Below are positions 13,020 through 25,300 of a stretch of DNA of 64,000 nucleotides, one piece after another. The notes below the pieces were generated by a model. It searched no databases and was not told where the DNA came from. It saw nothing but the letters and a program-made list of their open reading frames with translations. This DNA is from Orbicella franksi (Eukaryota): assembly GCA_964199315.1 (NCBI GenBank), contig OZ116701.1, positions 14,632,001 through 14,696,000 on the forward strand, in the 5' to 3' direction. Every line of letters begins with the position of its first letter. Position 1 is the first letter of the stretch. The position numbers and the translations under genes were made by a program.

Positions 13020-13761
13020 GATTAATGTAACTGAAGAACTTAATTCGCACCTTAGTATGATTAGGTGCTACTTGGGAATTCTCAGTATTAATCTTTTCAC
13101 ACTTGGCAGCGTTCAATTCTTGACATAATGAAAATGTTTTCAGATAGAGCATGTGGAATTGTTGGCGCCACTCGCGTGGAGACCTTTAGTCAAGTCAAAC
13201 ACTCATGCTAAATGGACAACCCATATTTCTAATATTTATTGTCAGACACTTTTTATTGATCCAAACAAAACCCAAACGAAATGAAACTAAACATGACAAA
13301 GGAAGTTCAGAAGTCTAAAAAATAAGGCGACTTTTTCATTCATTATATATTTGGGATGCTATGCTGAATGTTCACGACGATGATATTTATTTAGTGCGTG
13401 ACCAGACAACATTTTCGTTACCAAAAACATTCATTCAGTCTCGCTGAACAGAATTCAATTAGTGGCCTAAATTCTAAGAGGACTTTGAAATAACCGGCCT
13501 TCAAAAGCTTAAAATACAGAGCCAAATATCGCAACTCACAAGCGACGTTTTCCTAATTACAGTCATTACAAATGTGTACTTGCAATGCCACGCTGAACAT
13601 TCACCACGGCTATTCATAAAAGCGAAGTCCATGTTTAATAACGTTTCCTTTAGCGCTGAAAACATGCATTAATTCTCGCAGAATACAAATCAGTTAGTGG
13701 CCTTATCGCAAATTACAATTTCAATTTACTGAAACGTCTAAAACACATAAAGCCAAATAAA

Positions 13762-15205
13762 GCAAGAAGAAGAAGAAGAAGCAGAAGCAGAAGCAGAAGC
13801 AGAAGCAGCAAAAGTAGAAGCAGCAGAAGGAGAAGCAGAAGAAGAAGAAGCAGAAGAAGTGAAGTGAAGTGAAAGACTTTATTTAATGAGGGTGACCCGT
13901 GACAGTAACTTAAGTTACTGATAAACTTGGGGCCCTCAGCTTAAAATAATCAGAATGCTAAAAATATATTATTTACAATAAAATGCTAAAATACGATATT
14001 ATTTACAATAAAATACTTAATTAAGTTACTATTAAAAATGGTTACAAATAATAAACTGGACTTACAACTTCAAACATACTACGAATAATAAGAGTTAAAA
14101 AATTCCATTAGTTTTCTGAGAGTTAAGAATAGTATTACATAATTTAGCCTTAAACAATTTAACGGACTTGTCTGTTTTTAAAGACCGGGGTAAACTGTTC
14201 CAATCTTTAATAGTTCTGACGGCGAAAGTGCGTCCTCCCTCAGAGGCGTTTCTGTGAGAGGGGCATAATAAATTTAAATTACAATTTCTAGTACTTCTCG
14301 AATGGACGTCAGAGTTTTTCCTTAAAGATGTGTTCATGTATTCAGGTAAAGTTCTGTTTATCCTTTTGTAGGCCAGTGCACATCGATTTATATAAGCTTC
14401 TTTGTAAAAGGGGATCCAGTTTAGCTTATTAAATAAAGTGACAGTTCGACTAGTACGTTGTGCTGCAAGAATAATACGTGCAGCCCGTTTTTGCATACGG
14501 AGAACTCTCTCGAGTGCCTCTTTGTTACACGATGTCCATACTGTGCTTGCATACATGAAGAGTGGTTTGATTACTGCGTTATAGTAGATCAATTTTTGAT
14601 TCTTTTTCAAGTAGCAGCTTATATGGCGTAGAAGACCAATTCGTTTTGAAAGTTTGTTACATAGTTCGTCAACATGTGAAGTAGAAGAAGAAGCAGAGGA
14701 AGAAGAACGAGAAGAAGCAGAAGAAGAAGAAGAAGAAGCAGCAGAAGAAGAAGAAGAGGAAGAAAAAAAANNNNNNNNNNNNNNNNNNNNNNNNNNNNNN
14801 NNNNNNNNNNNNNNNNNNNNNNNNNNNNNNNNNNNNNNNNNNNNNNNNNNNNNNNNNNNNNNNNNNNNNNNNNNNNNNNNNNNNNNNNNNNNNNNNNNNN
14901 NNNNNNNNNNNNNNNNNNNNAACAATAACAAGAACAAGAAGAAGCAGAAGAATAAGAAGAAGCAGAAGAAGAAGAAGAAGCAGTAGAACAAGCAGAAGAA
15001 GAAGAACAAGCAGAAGAAGAACAAACGGAAGAACAAGAACAAGTGGAAGAACAAGAGCAAGCGGAAGAACAAGAACAAGCAGAAGAACAAGAACAAGCAG
15101 AAGAACAAGAACAAGCAGAAGAACAACAACAAGGAGAAGAACAACAACAAGCAGAAGAACAAGAACAAGTATAAGAACAAGAATGCGAACGCAAACGTGA
15201 ACGAA
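13762..15205. repeat. Compound (GAA/GCA/CAA)n repeat split by a LINE and a 150-N assembly gap
   Basis: Triplet-based purine-rich repeat, with 18-mer GAAGAACAAGAACAAGCA units near 15063-15180 and Ns at 14771-14920. Confidence 0.9.
13859..14676 (-). mobile_element. 5'-truncated L2/CR1-group LINE (post-RT C-terminus + 3' UTR)
   Basis: HVDELCNKLSKRIGLLRHI..YYNAVIKPLFMYASTVW..MQKRAARII..RTFAVRTIKDWNSLP; (TTCAC)n tail at 13859-13873. Confidence 0.85.
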
Positions 15206-15214
15206 CACTAATAA

Positions 15215-16279
15215 TAATAATCTTTGGACTCATCGAGAAACTTGCTGATACAAATGTCGATGACAAAGCTATCAATGTATCGCTCCTCGACAAGATCCGA
15301 AAATGATGTGGTATCTAATCATTTATTACCATGCTTCAATATTGGCTGACTAGCTGGATGATGCCAAAGGGCATCTCTCAACAGCACAAGATCTCCTGGT
15401 GAGCACATCATCTGTGATAGCCAATTGGCTTCTGCAGATACTCGACGGTAAGTGTCTGCTATCGCACAGAATCATTGCAAGATAGGTAAGGCTTTCTCAG
15501 CAAACTGTCCTATGCCTTGAACCTCAATACCACTAGGATTCTCGCCAGCTTTTCACTTATCGTGAATGATTTTGTTAGCCTTCCGGATATCACTTTCACA
15601 AGGATGCTCTGCTATAGAAAATGGGTCTGAAATGGACAGATTTCCATAAACTGGCTTTAGCTGTGCAGAGAGTGATTGTGATGCTACTTTTTGAATGAGG
15701 CAGCAACTTCAGCTCTTGTTGTGGTCTTAGCAATTGCAACTTGAAGGCTGGTTTGCTGTGATGCCATCATATTACATTCATCTTCAATAATGACAGTGGC
15801 ACTATCAGCAATTTTGGGATGGATCGTAATTAATGGAAGTGGAATCAGAGTTGCTGCGAAATTTTGTGTAAGTTAGTGTGGGGCTCTGTTCTTCTTCTGG
15901 CTGTTGATTGGTTCCAGTATCTATGTTGGCACCCTCCTCTTCATCCCCTTGTGGCTTCATTGGCTGTGCTGTTTTTGGATTTCCTTGGTCTTCAATCAAA
16001 GGAGAGTCAAGCGTTGCAGATAAAGCATCACATTTTTTGTGTCTAGGTGCTGACTGCTGTTTTTGTACCAGTTGTAGCACGTCATCAGCACTTAAATTAG
16101 CTCTGGGGTGGCAATGATGCTTGGTATCATCATGTGGCTCTCCATTGTCTAGAGAGTAATGCCACTCCCAGTACTCATGACAGTACTCTAAAAGGCTAGA
16201 TGATAGCCATCTGTCCATGATTTCAAATCATAATCTCCACTTTTCCAACCACATCCACGATAAGAAAATGTTTTCTTTC
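15215..16279 (-). pseudogene. Decayed exon with Ulp1/C48-protease-like N-terminal motif, probable 3' part of the RAG1-like gene
   Basis: Pyrimidine-rich AG acceptor at 16280, then GKKTFSYRGCGWK...LKHGNK*LDTTSFSDLVEERYIDSFVIDICISKFL. Frameshifts and stops; cut off by the GAA repeat; catalytic His/Cys not seen. Confidence 0.5.
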
Positions 16280-16374
16280 CTGGAAACCAAAAAGGTACAG
16301 TACACAATGCAGTGACTTGATGTGTGCCATTTTCAATCCTGATTGAGGCATTCTTGTTTTTTAATACTCAAATT

Positions 16375-16910
16375 AACAAATGGTAAACGCCATAGCGTGT
16401 ACTATTGAGTTATGGATGCACGCAGGAGGTTGCTAAGCACGAAAGAAACGTAAGAGTCCCGAGGCGATAGCCGAGTGCGACTCTAGCTTCTTGAGTGCTT
16501 AGGAAACCTCCCAAGTGCAGCCATAACTCAATAGTGCACGCTATGACGTTTACCATTTGTTTTATAACATAACATTGAGACATTGGAACAACAGAAGTCC
16601 TTTTATTGAGCTACATCACAAAAAAATGTTCGTGTAGTCTTACATGACAAGAGAAAACAAGTGCGCGAAAATTCATTCATGACAACCTACTGCACACCAG
16701 TAACTTGATAAAGTTTCATCTTCACACAACTGTGAAGACAGTTTCGCATTTCTGGGAGAAGGACATCGGCCATTTCTTTGGAAACAATGTCTGTCAAAAG
16801 ATTTGTTTTGTAAACATTGGCACACACGTCAGCAGCGTACACCCATGGGCAAATAGTAGACGCTAAATTAACCAATCAGTGCACACGCTTTGCTTTAGTT
16901 ATGTTATAAA
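16375..16910. mobile_element. MITE-like repeat with a ~190-bp internal hairpin (16375-16562)
   Basis: AACAAATGGTAAACG..GTTATGG / CCATAAC..CGTTTACCATTTGTT inverted arms. Confidence 0.65.
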
Positions 16911-17459
16911 ATAATTTATTTGAATGCAATAATCAGCTCACTTAATCAGAATGTCAACTAGATGTAAATTTCAGTTCTATTGTGCATTATCCAATTAAGT
17001 GCCAAATTAAGTTAGCGTACCTAGCTAGATGCAATTCCTGGCCTCGTAGAATGAGTATCTTAAAGACAACAGCATAGTTGCATACCAGTGGGTCAGAATT
17101 TGATTCACTGAAAAATGAAAGATTTTTTTTAAGTCCCAAATAATTTTAGCAGACTGTTTGTTACTGCTTTTTACTGTGCAGCATATCAATACTTATTATA
17201 TACATGTGCAGCCAGGCTTTTAGCCAGATGGGTGTCCAGGTGTCCCGTGAACAGCCACTTTCTAAAGAAAATTGCTTTATTTTCCATATGTTGCCTTAAA
17301 AATTGCTCATTTGAGTAGGCCCTAGAGGACATTTCGGATGGCCGCTTCAAATTCTGGCTAAAAGCCTGTGTACAGTGGAAAAGAGGGAAGAAGACAGTCA
17401 CAAGAACAGTTGTCTGATCCCTTTGTCACATATGCAGCAGAAATTTCAAATTGAGATGT

Positions 17460-17460
<1 letters not shown>

Positions 17461-17497
<37 letters not shown>
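17461..17497. repeat. (AAT)n microsatellite
   Basis: About 12 perfect units. Confidence 0.95.
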
Positions 17498-17923
17498 TCC
17501 AGCATTCAGAATAATTCCAGAGCTTCAAAATAAATCCGGAGTCTAGATTAAATTTCAACCCAAAACAATTTGTTAACTATAACAACAGTAAGAATTTATT
17601 CATGTAAGGTATTAATTCCCAGTCAACAAATAAAATCACAACATTTAAAAATAGATGAATTAAGTAGCATGGTATTACCAATTCTGTTTGAAACATACAG
17701 AGATGTTAGAACAAATAACTTTCGCTGGGAAACTGTAGATAATAGGGTCAATGTTGTAAGATAGCTTTAGATAAGGCTCAAATACTCAACGCAACGTTAA
17801 ACACTGTCAACACAATGTCCGACATAAGCCAACTCACATGTTCGCGAGATGTGGGACGGCCCACAAAAACGTAAGGGACTCCACAGAGGGGTACCCACAA
17901 GTTAATATTGCAACATCTCCCCT

Positions 17924-20900
17924 CTAACAGGATTCAATGAGTCTCTGGGGCTTTTTAACTTGTCGCCCGGATCTGGTTGTAATAGGTGATCGTTCTGCAT
18001 TTCTTGGTCCTTCTGGTGATTCCATTGGTTCTGGTGGTGAGTCCTTTATAGAAGGTGATGATGGACATATTGGAGAGTCAGCACACTGGGGACTTGAAGG
18101 AGGATCATGCAGCCGAGGTCTCATTGGATGATCATTTGGGACTGAGATTATCTGCCTTCGATTTCTTCTATAGACACACCCTCGTTCATCCTGTACTAAG
18201 TATGATCGTGGCAACACTTCTGCTTCACGCCATTCTCTATCTCTATTTGGCCGAATTTGCACCTTGTTCCCAACTTCAAGTGGAGGCAGATCTCTACTCT
18301 GTTTGTCGTAATTCTTCTTAGAGACAAATTGACGTAGCCGCAGCGCTTTCACTACTCTATCAGGATCCACTGCCTGCGGTAATAAGAGACGTCGATGGGT
18401 TGGTATCATTGTGCGTGTGCGCCGACTCATCAGCAGCTGTGCAGGTGACACGCTGATATCTTCAAATGGAGTGTTGCGGTACTTCAACAGCCCTTCAAAG
18501 GGGTCTTTTTGGTCAGCTGCAGCCTTGTTCAAAATGCGCTTTGCTGTCTGCACTGCTCTCTCTGCTGCACCATTTGATTGGGGGTACTCTGGAGAGCTCG
18601 TGTGGCAAAAAGCCCAATCTTCAGCAAATTGCTTGAACTCATGAGTGCTGTTGAATAGATTCCTGGCATTGCTGTATTGGGAACCATTATCGCTCACAAC
18701 CTTATCCGGGACTCCAAACCTTGCAAATATTTTCTTCAGGTTGTTAATGACACAGGTGGCAGTGTTCTGACGCAGTAATTCAATTTCAAAGTATTTTGAA
18801 TAGAAGTCAGTGACCAACAAGTATGTTTGGCCTCCATATTCAAACAAGTCAGTCCCGACTACCTGCCAAGGTAATCCAGGGATGTCATGTGGATGCAATG
18901 ACTCTCTTTGTTGTCGGTTGCAGAATGCATTACAAATTGAACAGGAGCTGACTTTGTCTTTGATCTGGGCTGTCATTGAGGGCCAGAAGACGTAATCTCT
19001 GGCAAAGCTAAGGCTCTTACTTTCTCCCATATGAGCTCCATGGATTTCATCCAGCACCTCAGCCCTCAGTGGTCTTGGGACGACTATTCGGTCTGATTTA
19101 AACAGCAATCCATCCTCCACACTCAGCTCTTCCTTAAAACTCCAGTACTCTCTAGCAAGCTCATCAACCTGTTCTTTCTCAGACGGCCACCCTTTCAAGA
19201 CATACTCCATCACTACTCTCGAGGTTTCGTCAATGCTGGAGGTCTCCTTAAATCTCTTCAGTGTGCTGCTTTCAAATCCAAGCTCCTCAATAAGATTGAT
19301 TCCAATTACATCTTCTGGTTCACTGACTGGCTCCGTATCACTGAGAGGTGCTCTGCTAAGACAGTCTGAGATGACTTGCTGTTTTCCAGGGACATATCGC
19401 ACATCAAGATCATACTTGGTAAGTTTCGATAGCATCCTTTGTAGCCTGGGGGGAGCATCATTCAGAGACTTGCGGAAGATAGACTCTAAGAGTTTGTGAT
19501 CTGTCTCTACAATTACTCTGCGCCCATATACATAGCTGTGAAATTTCTGTGCGCCCCAGACGATTGCAAGCAGCTCTCTCTCGATGTTTGCATACCTTTT
19601 CTCACAGTTAGTTAGTGTTTTGGATCCGAATGCAACCGGCTTGCCGTCCTGTAGGATCACTGCACGAAGGCCTTTACTACTTGCATCTACATTTAGGACT
19701 GTTTCCTTGCTGTTGTCAAAATAAGCTAGTGCAGGTGCACTTGTGATGACTGATTTCAGATTGTCAAAGGCCTCTAGTTGTGGCTTTTCCCAAACAAATG
19801 CTGCATCTTTTTGGGTAAGTTGTGATATGGGTTCTTGTATGTCAGCCTTGTGCTTGATGAATTTGTCCAGGTAATTCACAGTTCCTAGTATGCAAAGTAC
19901 ACCTTCTTTGTCTTCTGGGGGTGGCATCTCATTAATGGCTCTGATCTTCTCCGGATCTGGTTTCAAACCTTCAGATGAGAACAGGTGTCCAACATAACTT
20001 ACTTCTGGTACTCTAAGCTTCACCTTTTTAGGGTTGAACTTCAATCCTACCTCCCTGCTCTTGTCAAGTACTGTTCTCAATTTGTCATCAACTTCAAGCT
20101 GATCTTTACCATGTATCAGGAAATCATCCACTATGATTTAAACAGGAACCCCTTCAAACAGTCTGTCCATCTCCCTTTGGTAGATTTCAGGGGCTGGTGA
20201 GATACCAAAAGGGAGTCTTGTAATTCGGTATCGCCCCCACGGTGTGTTAAAAGTCAAGAGCTTGGAACTCTCCTCATCTACGGGGAGTTGCCAGTATCCA
20301 CTGCATGGATCAAGTGATGTGAAACTCTTTGCACCTGAAAGTCGGTTTGCAACTTCTTCTACGGTAACCATTGGATAATGGGGTCTTTTCAGGGCCTTGT
20401 TAAGATCTCTTGGGTCAATACAAATTCTGACATCATCCTTTGACAGTGGAGTGTCCTTCCTTTTATCCTTCACCTTTCTTTTGTCAATAACTAGCATTGA
20501 TGAGACCCACGACGTAGGCTCATCCTCTTTCACCATAATACCATCTTCTTCCATCTCTTTGAGTTTCTCTCGTGCTGGCTCCAGCATAGCAACTGGAATT
20601 TTCCTGGGAGGGTGAACAACTGGGGGTACTGAAGCATCAACTTCCAGATGTACTTTGTTTGGAAGTGTGCCGGGTTTGTCACTGAAACAATCTGGGTACT
20701 CCCTCAATATTGGGTCCTTCTGGAAGATGGTCTGGTCTCCATGTGCTCTTGGCGTATCCGGCATGGCTGGATTAGGTACCGGTGTATCTATCAGTTGGAG
20801 ATTCATAAACTGAAGGACTTCTAAATCCAAGCAGGCATCACATCCCAATAAGGGTGTAAAGTTCCCGTCAACAACAAGGTACAACAGGTTCATTTGACGA

Positions 20901-22033
20901 TTCTTGTATTGAGTTTGAAGGCATACACAGCCTCTTGGATGAATGGGCTTAGTTGCAAGCCAGCCTTTCAAGGGTTGCTGAATCTTTTGGAGAGGTTTTT
21001 TGGAGATTTTCTTATACAGATGAAAGGGTATGACGGTAGCCTCTGCACCTGTGTCTGCTTTTACTTCAACATTCTGCCCTTCAATCTTAAGAGTGATAAG
21101 GCTCTTTGTTGATTTCCTGGAATCGGAAACACTGTCCAGTTCAATAGATCCAAAATAGGTATGTACCTCCTTATTCATATTCTGAGTGTCTAGGTCTGGT
21201 GGACTTTCTTGTTGCACTAAATCAACTTTCGAACCTTCTTTTACATTCCCTGGGCACACTTGGGCAAAATGACCTTCTTTCTTACACTTTAAGCACTGTT
21301 TTCCAAATGCGGGACAACGAGATGGTCGAGTAAATGGGTGCTTGTAACCACAAAACTTACAAGAACGAGTAGCTGTCTTGTCAGCTTCTTTTGACTTTCT
21401 AACAGGCTGAATTCCTAATGAATGCTCAGTTCCAGCACTCGCTTGAATGTTGAACTTGAACTTTTGTAATTCTGAGGCTTCAAAGGTACAACAATAATCA
21501 TGAGCGTTCTGTAGGGTTAGATCAGGTTTCTTTAGCAGTTCCCCTCTCAGCTCATCAGATAATACACCTCCCACAATTCGATCTCTTATTAGCGAATCTC
21601 GCAGTTCGCCGAATTCACATGTTAGCGACAACCGTTTCAGTTCGCTGACAAAGTTATCAACTCGCTCTCCCTCTTTCTGGTTACGCTTATTAAACACTAA
21701 CCTCTCATAAATGACATTCCTTGCTCCCTCACAGAGTGCCTTAAATTTGCTGCAAACATACGCATAACATTCCTTGTCTTCTCCAGCATTGTAAACAAAA
21801 TGACTATATTCTTCAATCGCTTCGGGTCCAGCACAGTGAAGTAACATGTTTACCTTCAATTTGTCCGGTTTGTCATCTTTGCTTTTTGCCACAAGATAAA
21901 TTTCAAACTGCAATAAAAACTTTCTCCAGTTGTCCGCTGCGTTTGCATCGAGCACCAAAGGACCTGGAGTTCTCGTATCTCGCTCAGCCATCGCGGTCTG
22001 TAACTCAGCCAAGCCCTGATAAACTCCTTGCAA
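17924..22033 (-). pseudogene. gag-pro-RT-RNaseH-integrase polyprotein, one in-frame stop in RT
   Basis: CCHC knuckle; ADTGA protease; RT LDP..GYWQ and V*IIVDD; RNase H; HHCC; integrase GTD / SDNG / AERAV. Confidence 0.93.
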
Positions 22034-22225
22034 TCTCTAAAAGGTTTTCACTTCTGACACCATATTGTAAGATAGCTTTAGATAAGGCTCAAATACTCAA
22101 CGCAACGTTAAACACTGTCACACAATGTCCGACATAAGCCAACTCACATGTTCGCGAGATGTGGGGCGGCCCACAAAAACGTAAGGGACTCCACAGAGGG
22201 GTACCCACAAGTTAATATTGCAACA

Positions 22226-22721
22226 TCTCCCCTCTAACAGGATTCAATGAGTCTCTGGGGCTTTTTAACTTGTCGCCCAGATCTGGTTGTAATTGGTGAT
22301 CGTTCTGCATTTCTTGGTCCTTCTGGTGATTCCATTGGTTCTGGTGCTGAGTCCTTTATAGAAGGTGATGATGGACATATTGGAGAGTCAGCACACTGGG
22401 GACTTGAAGGAGGATCATGCAGCTGAGGTCTCATTGGATGATCATTTGGGACTGAGATTATCTGCCTTCGATTTCTTCTATAGACACACCCTTGTTCGTC
22501 CTGTACTAAGTATGATTGTGGCAACACTTCTGCTTCACGCCATTCTCTATCTCTATTTGGCCGAATTCGCACCTTGTTCCCAACTTCAAGTGGAGGCAGA
22601 TCTCTACTCTGTTTGTCGTAATTCTTCTTAGAGACAAATTGACGTAGCCGCAGTGCTTTCACTACTCTATCAGGATCCACTGCCTGCAGTAATAAGAGAC
22701 GTCGATGGGTTGGTATCATTG
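22226..22721 (-). repeat. Duplicate of the gypsy pol 3' end
   Basis: Near-identical to 17916-18411. Confidence 0.95.
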
Positions 22722-22848
22722 CGCAACGTTAAACACTGTCAACACAATGTCTGACATGAGCCAACTCACATGTTCGCGAGATGTGGGGCGGCCCACAAAA
22801 ACGTAGGGGACTCCACAGAGGGGTACCCACAAGTTAATATTACAACAG

Positions 22849-23963
22849 TCAACCAGATGTAGCTGTGCACAAGATTTCACAGTCACTGTTGTTGTTTAAC
22901 TGACAATTTCCCTCGAAAAGCTTCGCAGAAGCAAACTTAAGAAAATGTTCAAAGTAATAAGAGAGCAGTTTCTGCTTTAGTCCAGCCCAGAAAACAGGGT
23001 CAAAAAGTATACTTTGAATATAAATGCCTTTGCTGGTATACACAATAAAGTCACACCACCTTGCTCCCGTATTTTTCATTCTTGCATCATACACAAGCAG
23101 TTTGATACCGGACCGTGAAGTGGATTCTGCATCCTTTATTTTTCTCACTTCTACTGTCATTACTGGCTGAGGGGCAATGTTCTTTCCTCCACCCTTTTTG
23201 TGGCATTGCTGGAGTTGAGAAGTACAAGCTACGGAGGACTTTTGATCCCGTTCCTCACTCAGATCTTTAGTAGTAGTAGAAGAAAATAAAGTATACTTGC
23301 ACATCTTAAACATCAGCGCCAATACGTGGTTACAAAATCCAACTTTACCTGCCACACACGAACAAGAAGCACTCACCACTTCTCCAGACAAGATACATAG
23401 GGCAATTTGCAGATTATGAGGAGGGTCACTTTTTCTGAAACTATGGCAACACTTCCCTTTAAAGAAAAAGTATCTGGAATCACTCACACATTCAATATCT
23501 TCCAGGTATTCATCTTCTAAGAAACCCCTGGCCTTTACTAATCCGGTCGGAACGGTGTGATGATCTACATTGGCATCGCTTTTCCAGACTTCAAAACATG
23601 GCGATGCATCTGGAGCCGCGTAAACATAGGCATCTTTTCCAGTGACGTTCCCCATCCAGAGCTAGGAAACTGTACCGATTCATTGATTTCAGGGTCAGGC
23701 TCAGATCTCGTGCCTTGCTTTTCCTTTCTATGGCTGTAGATTTTGTGAGGATCTGGATCCACGACCTGTTTGTCTTTGCCTGTTCGTATGTACTTATACA
23801 CTCGCTTCACCAGCTCTGCTTTTGTCTTTAATCCTTTTCCCGGGTCTCCACGACATTTGAGCCAAAATTTAAGCTCTGAGATTTTTAATTCCTCAGGTTT
23901 TCTTCCAAGAAGAGAAGCACCAGGTATATCATTTTCCGTAAGAAATATCGAAGTACTCACCAT
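22849..23963 (-). pseudogene. SAP-like + SWIM + internally deleted YqaJ gene of a second ISL2EU family
   Basis: ELKFWLKCRG..KTKAELV; SCSCVAGKVGFCNHVLAL; ARWCDFIVYT. TIR ACACGACTTTCATAATGG at 24050-24067 flanked by AT. The gypsy inserted at its stop codon. Confidence 0.8.
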
Positions 23964-24644
23964 TGTATACAAAAAGAGACGCGACGTGATCTTTTGGCCT
24001 TTCTGACCTCGTTTTCACGCAACTTGATCCAGGACTCTTGCGGTGTCCACCATTATGAAAGTCGTGTATAGAGGGCTTTGAAAGTAAGTAATAAAATAGT
24101 AAGTAAGTAATAAAGTTAATAAAGTTAGAAAGTAAGTAATAAAGTTAAGGATTCTACGCAACTCATGTAGATATATATGTAACTCATCTGGAAAGGTTTT
24201 GATTAGGATAAAAAGATATAGATTTTCATTAACATATATGTAAGAAATCTGTTGGAAGAGTATTGGTTAAAACCGGTGGACAATAGTAATAATATTGATG
24301 AACAGAACTGCCAATACCTGTGCAACATGTTGAGAAGCCATGTACTCTCATGACAGTGTTGACTGCAACTGGCACCACTTTTTGGCGGGTACAAAATGTA
24401 TCTTAAGTACACATGACAGGGCTGTCAATAAGCTTTGTAACCAATAAAAGCGGCTATGGCTGAGTATGTTTCATGGGCCCCTGATATGTACAGGTAAACT
24501 TGCCTGTAGTTGATACAATTCAAGGCTGCAGGTGAATCAAAACTTATTGACAGTCCAGCATGATGTGTTACACGTACCTGGCAAACATGCTAAGGAATTT
24601 CACAAGCAAAGAATCCTAGCTCACTTGATTGTTCTTTGTCATAG

Positions 24645-25059
24645 GTCTGCTGTGATTGGAGAGAGATCGCACTAACAATGCATGACAGAGTGTTTGAAGA
24701 GCATGAAGAGCAGCTTATTGACATCTATGATGTAAAGGTGAAATTATTATGTTTACAAATTTAAGTATGTCCTATAATCTGAAATTCTTGGCTTGCTAAA
24801 ACTTCTGTTATTGACTTCATCTGATGGTCTTCCTCTCTACAGTGCAAGGAATGGGGGTTTTTGGTAAAGAAGTTATTTGGTATGCATCTTGGCACTGGTG
24901 ATTATGGTCACCTGGTTGTGGATCACAGTGCTATGGTTCTGCATCATTTTCGCTCTCTTTACAAACACTCTGGTCAAGGATTTGAGTCCTCCCACAAGCT
25001 GCATTGCCAGTTGTACTCAAAGGCAACAAACCATGATGCTTCTGGACCTGGCCAGTCCT
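24645..25059 (+). pseudogene. Two inverted exons of the RAG1-like transposase (HxxxxH and catalytic E)
   Basis: Exons 24645-24737 and 24843-25059 with AG/GT sites. WREIALTM..YDVK|CKEWGFLVKKLFG..GDYGHLVVDH..SGQGFESSHK resembles RAG1 NYFHKTLAH..SEGNESGNK. Confidence 0.8.
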
Positions 25060-25156
25060 GTGAGTCACCATCTAATTTTAAATTCGTATTTAAATCATGT
25101 TATTTAAAGTCAACTTCAGGTCAAAATAAATTAAAACTAGTTTGGCTAATTTTTTC

Positions 25157-25300
25157 TACATACATACATACATACATATCCTTTATTTAAGCATGATAAG
25201 ACTTAAAGCTCAAAGCTTGTGGGGTCGTGTAAAATTAATTACAAATGAATTAATTATAGGGATAACATTACTAACAAACTGCAAGTAAACAACATACAAC
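25157..25300 (-). mobile_element. Short LINE 3' end with (TATG)n tail
   Basis: (CATA)n at 25157-25178 followed by AT-rich 3' UTR-like sequence. Confidence 0.45.

Larger units (their letters stand above)
17752..22847 (-). mobile_element. Ty3/gypsy LTR retrotransposon, tandem three-LTR structure, TSD GTCAA
   Basis: LTRs at 17752-17915, 22063-22225 and partial 22722-22847. PBS TGGTGTCAGAAGTG (tRNA-Leu type) next to 22062; PPT AGGGGAGA. GTCAA at 17747-17751 and 22848-22852. Confidence 0.95.

Noticed and set aside
14095-15293. Long low-complexity ORFs (poly-F/S/L/E)
   Set aside because: They are translations of the triplet repeat and the N gap; only the LINE part is real coding sequence.
16687-16875. 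Small ORF as an exon
   Set aside because: It lies within a MITE-like repeat.
17186-17401. Next RAG1-like exon after the catalytic-E exon
   Set aside because: A good acceptor exists, but the phase-matched frame has many stops; left unassigned.
12963-24600. RAG2-like partner gene convergent with the RAG1-like gene
   Set aside because: No kelch-repeat or PHD remnant was recognised on the plus strand; one could have been deleted.
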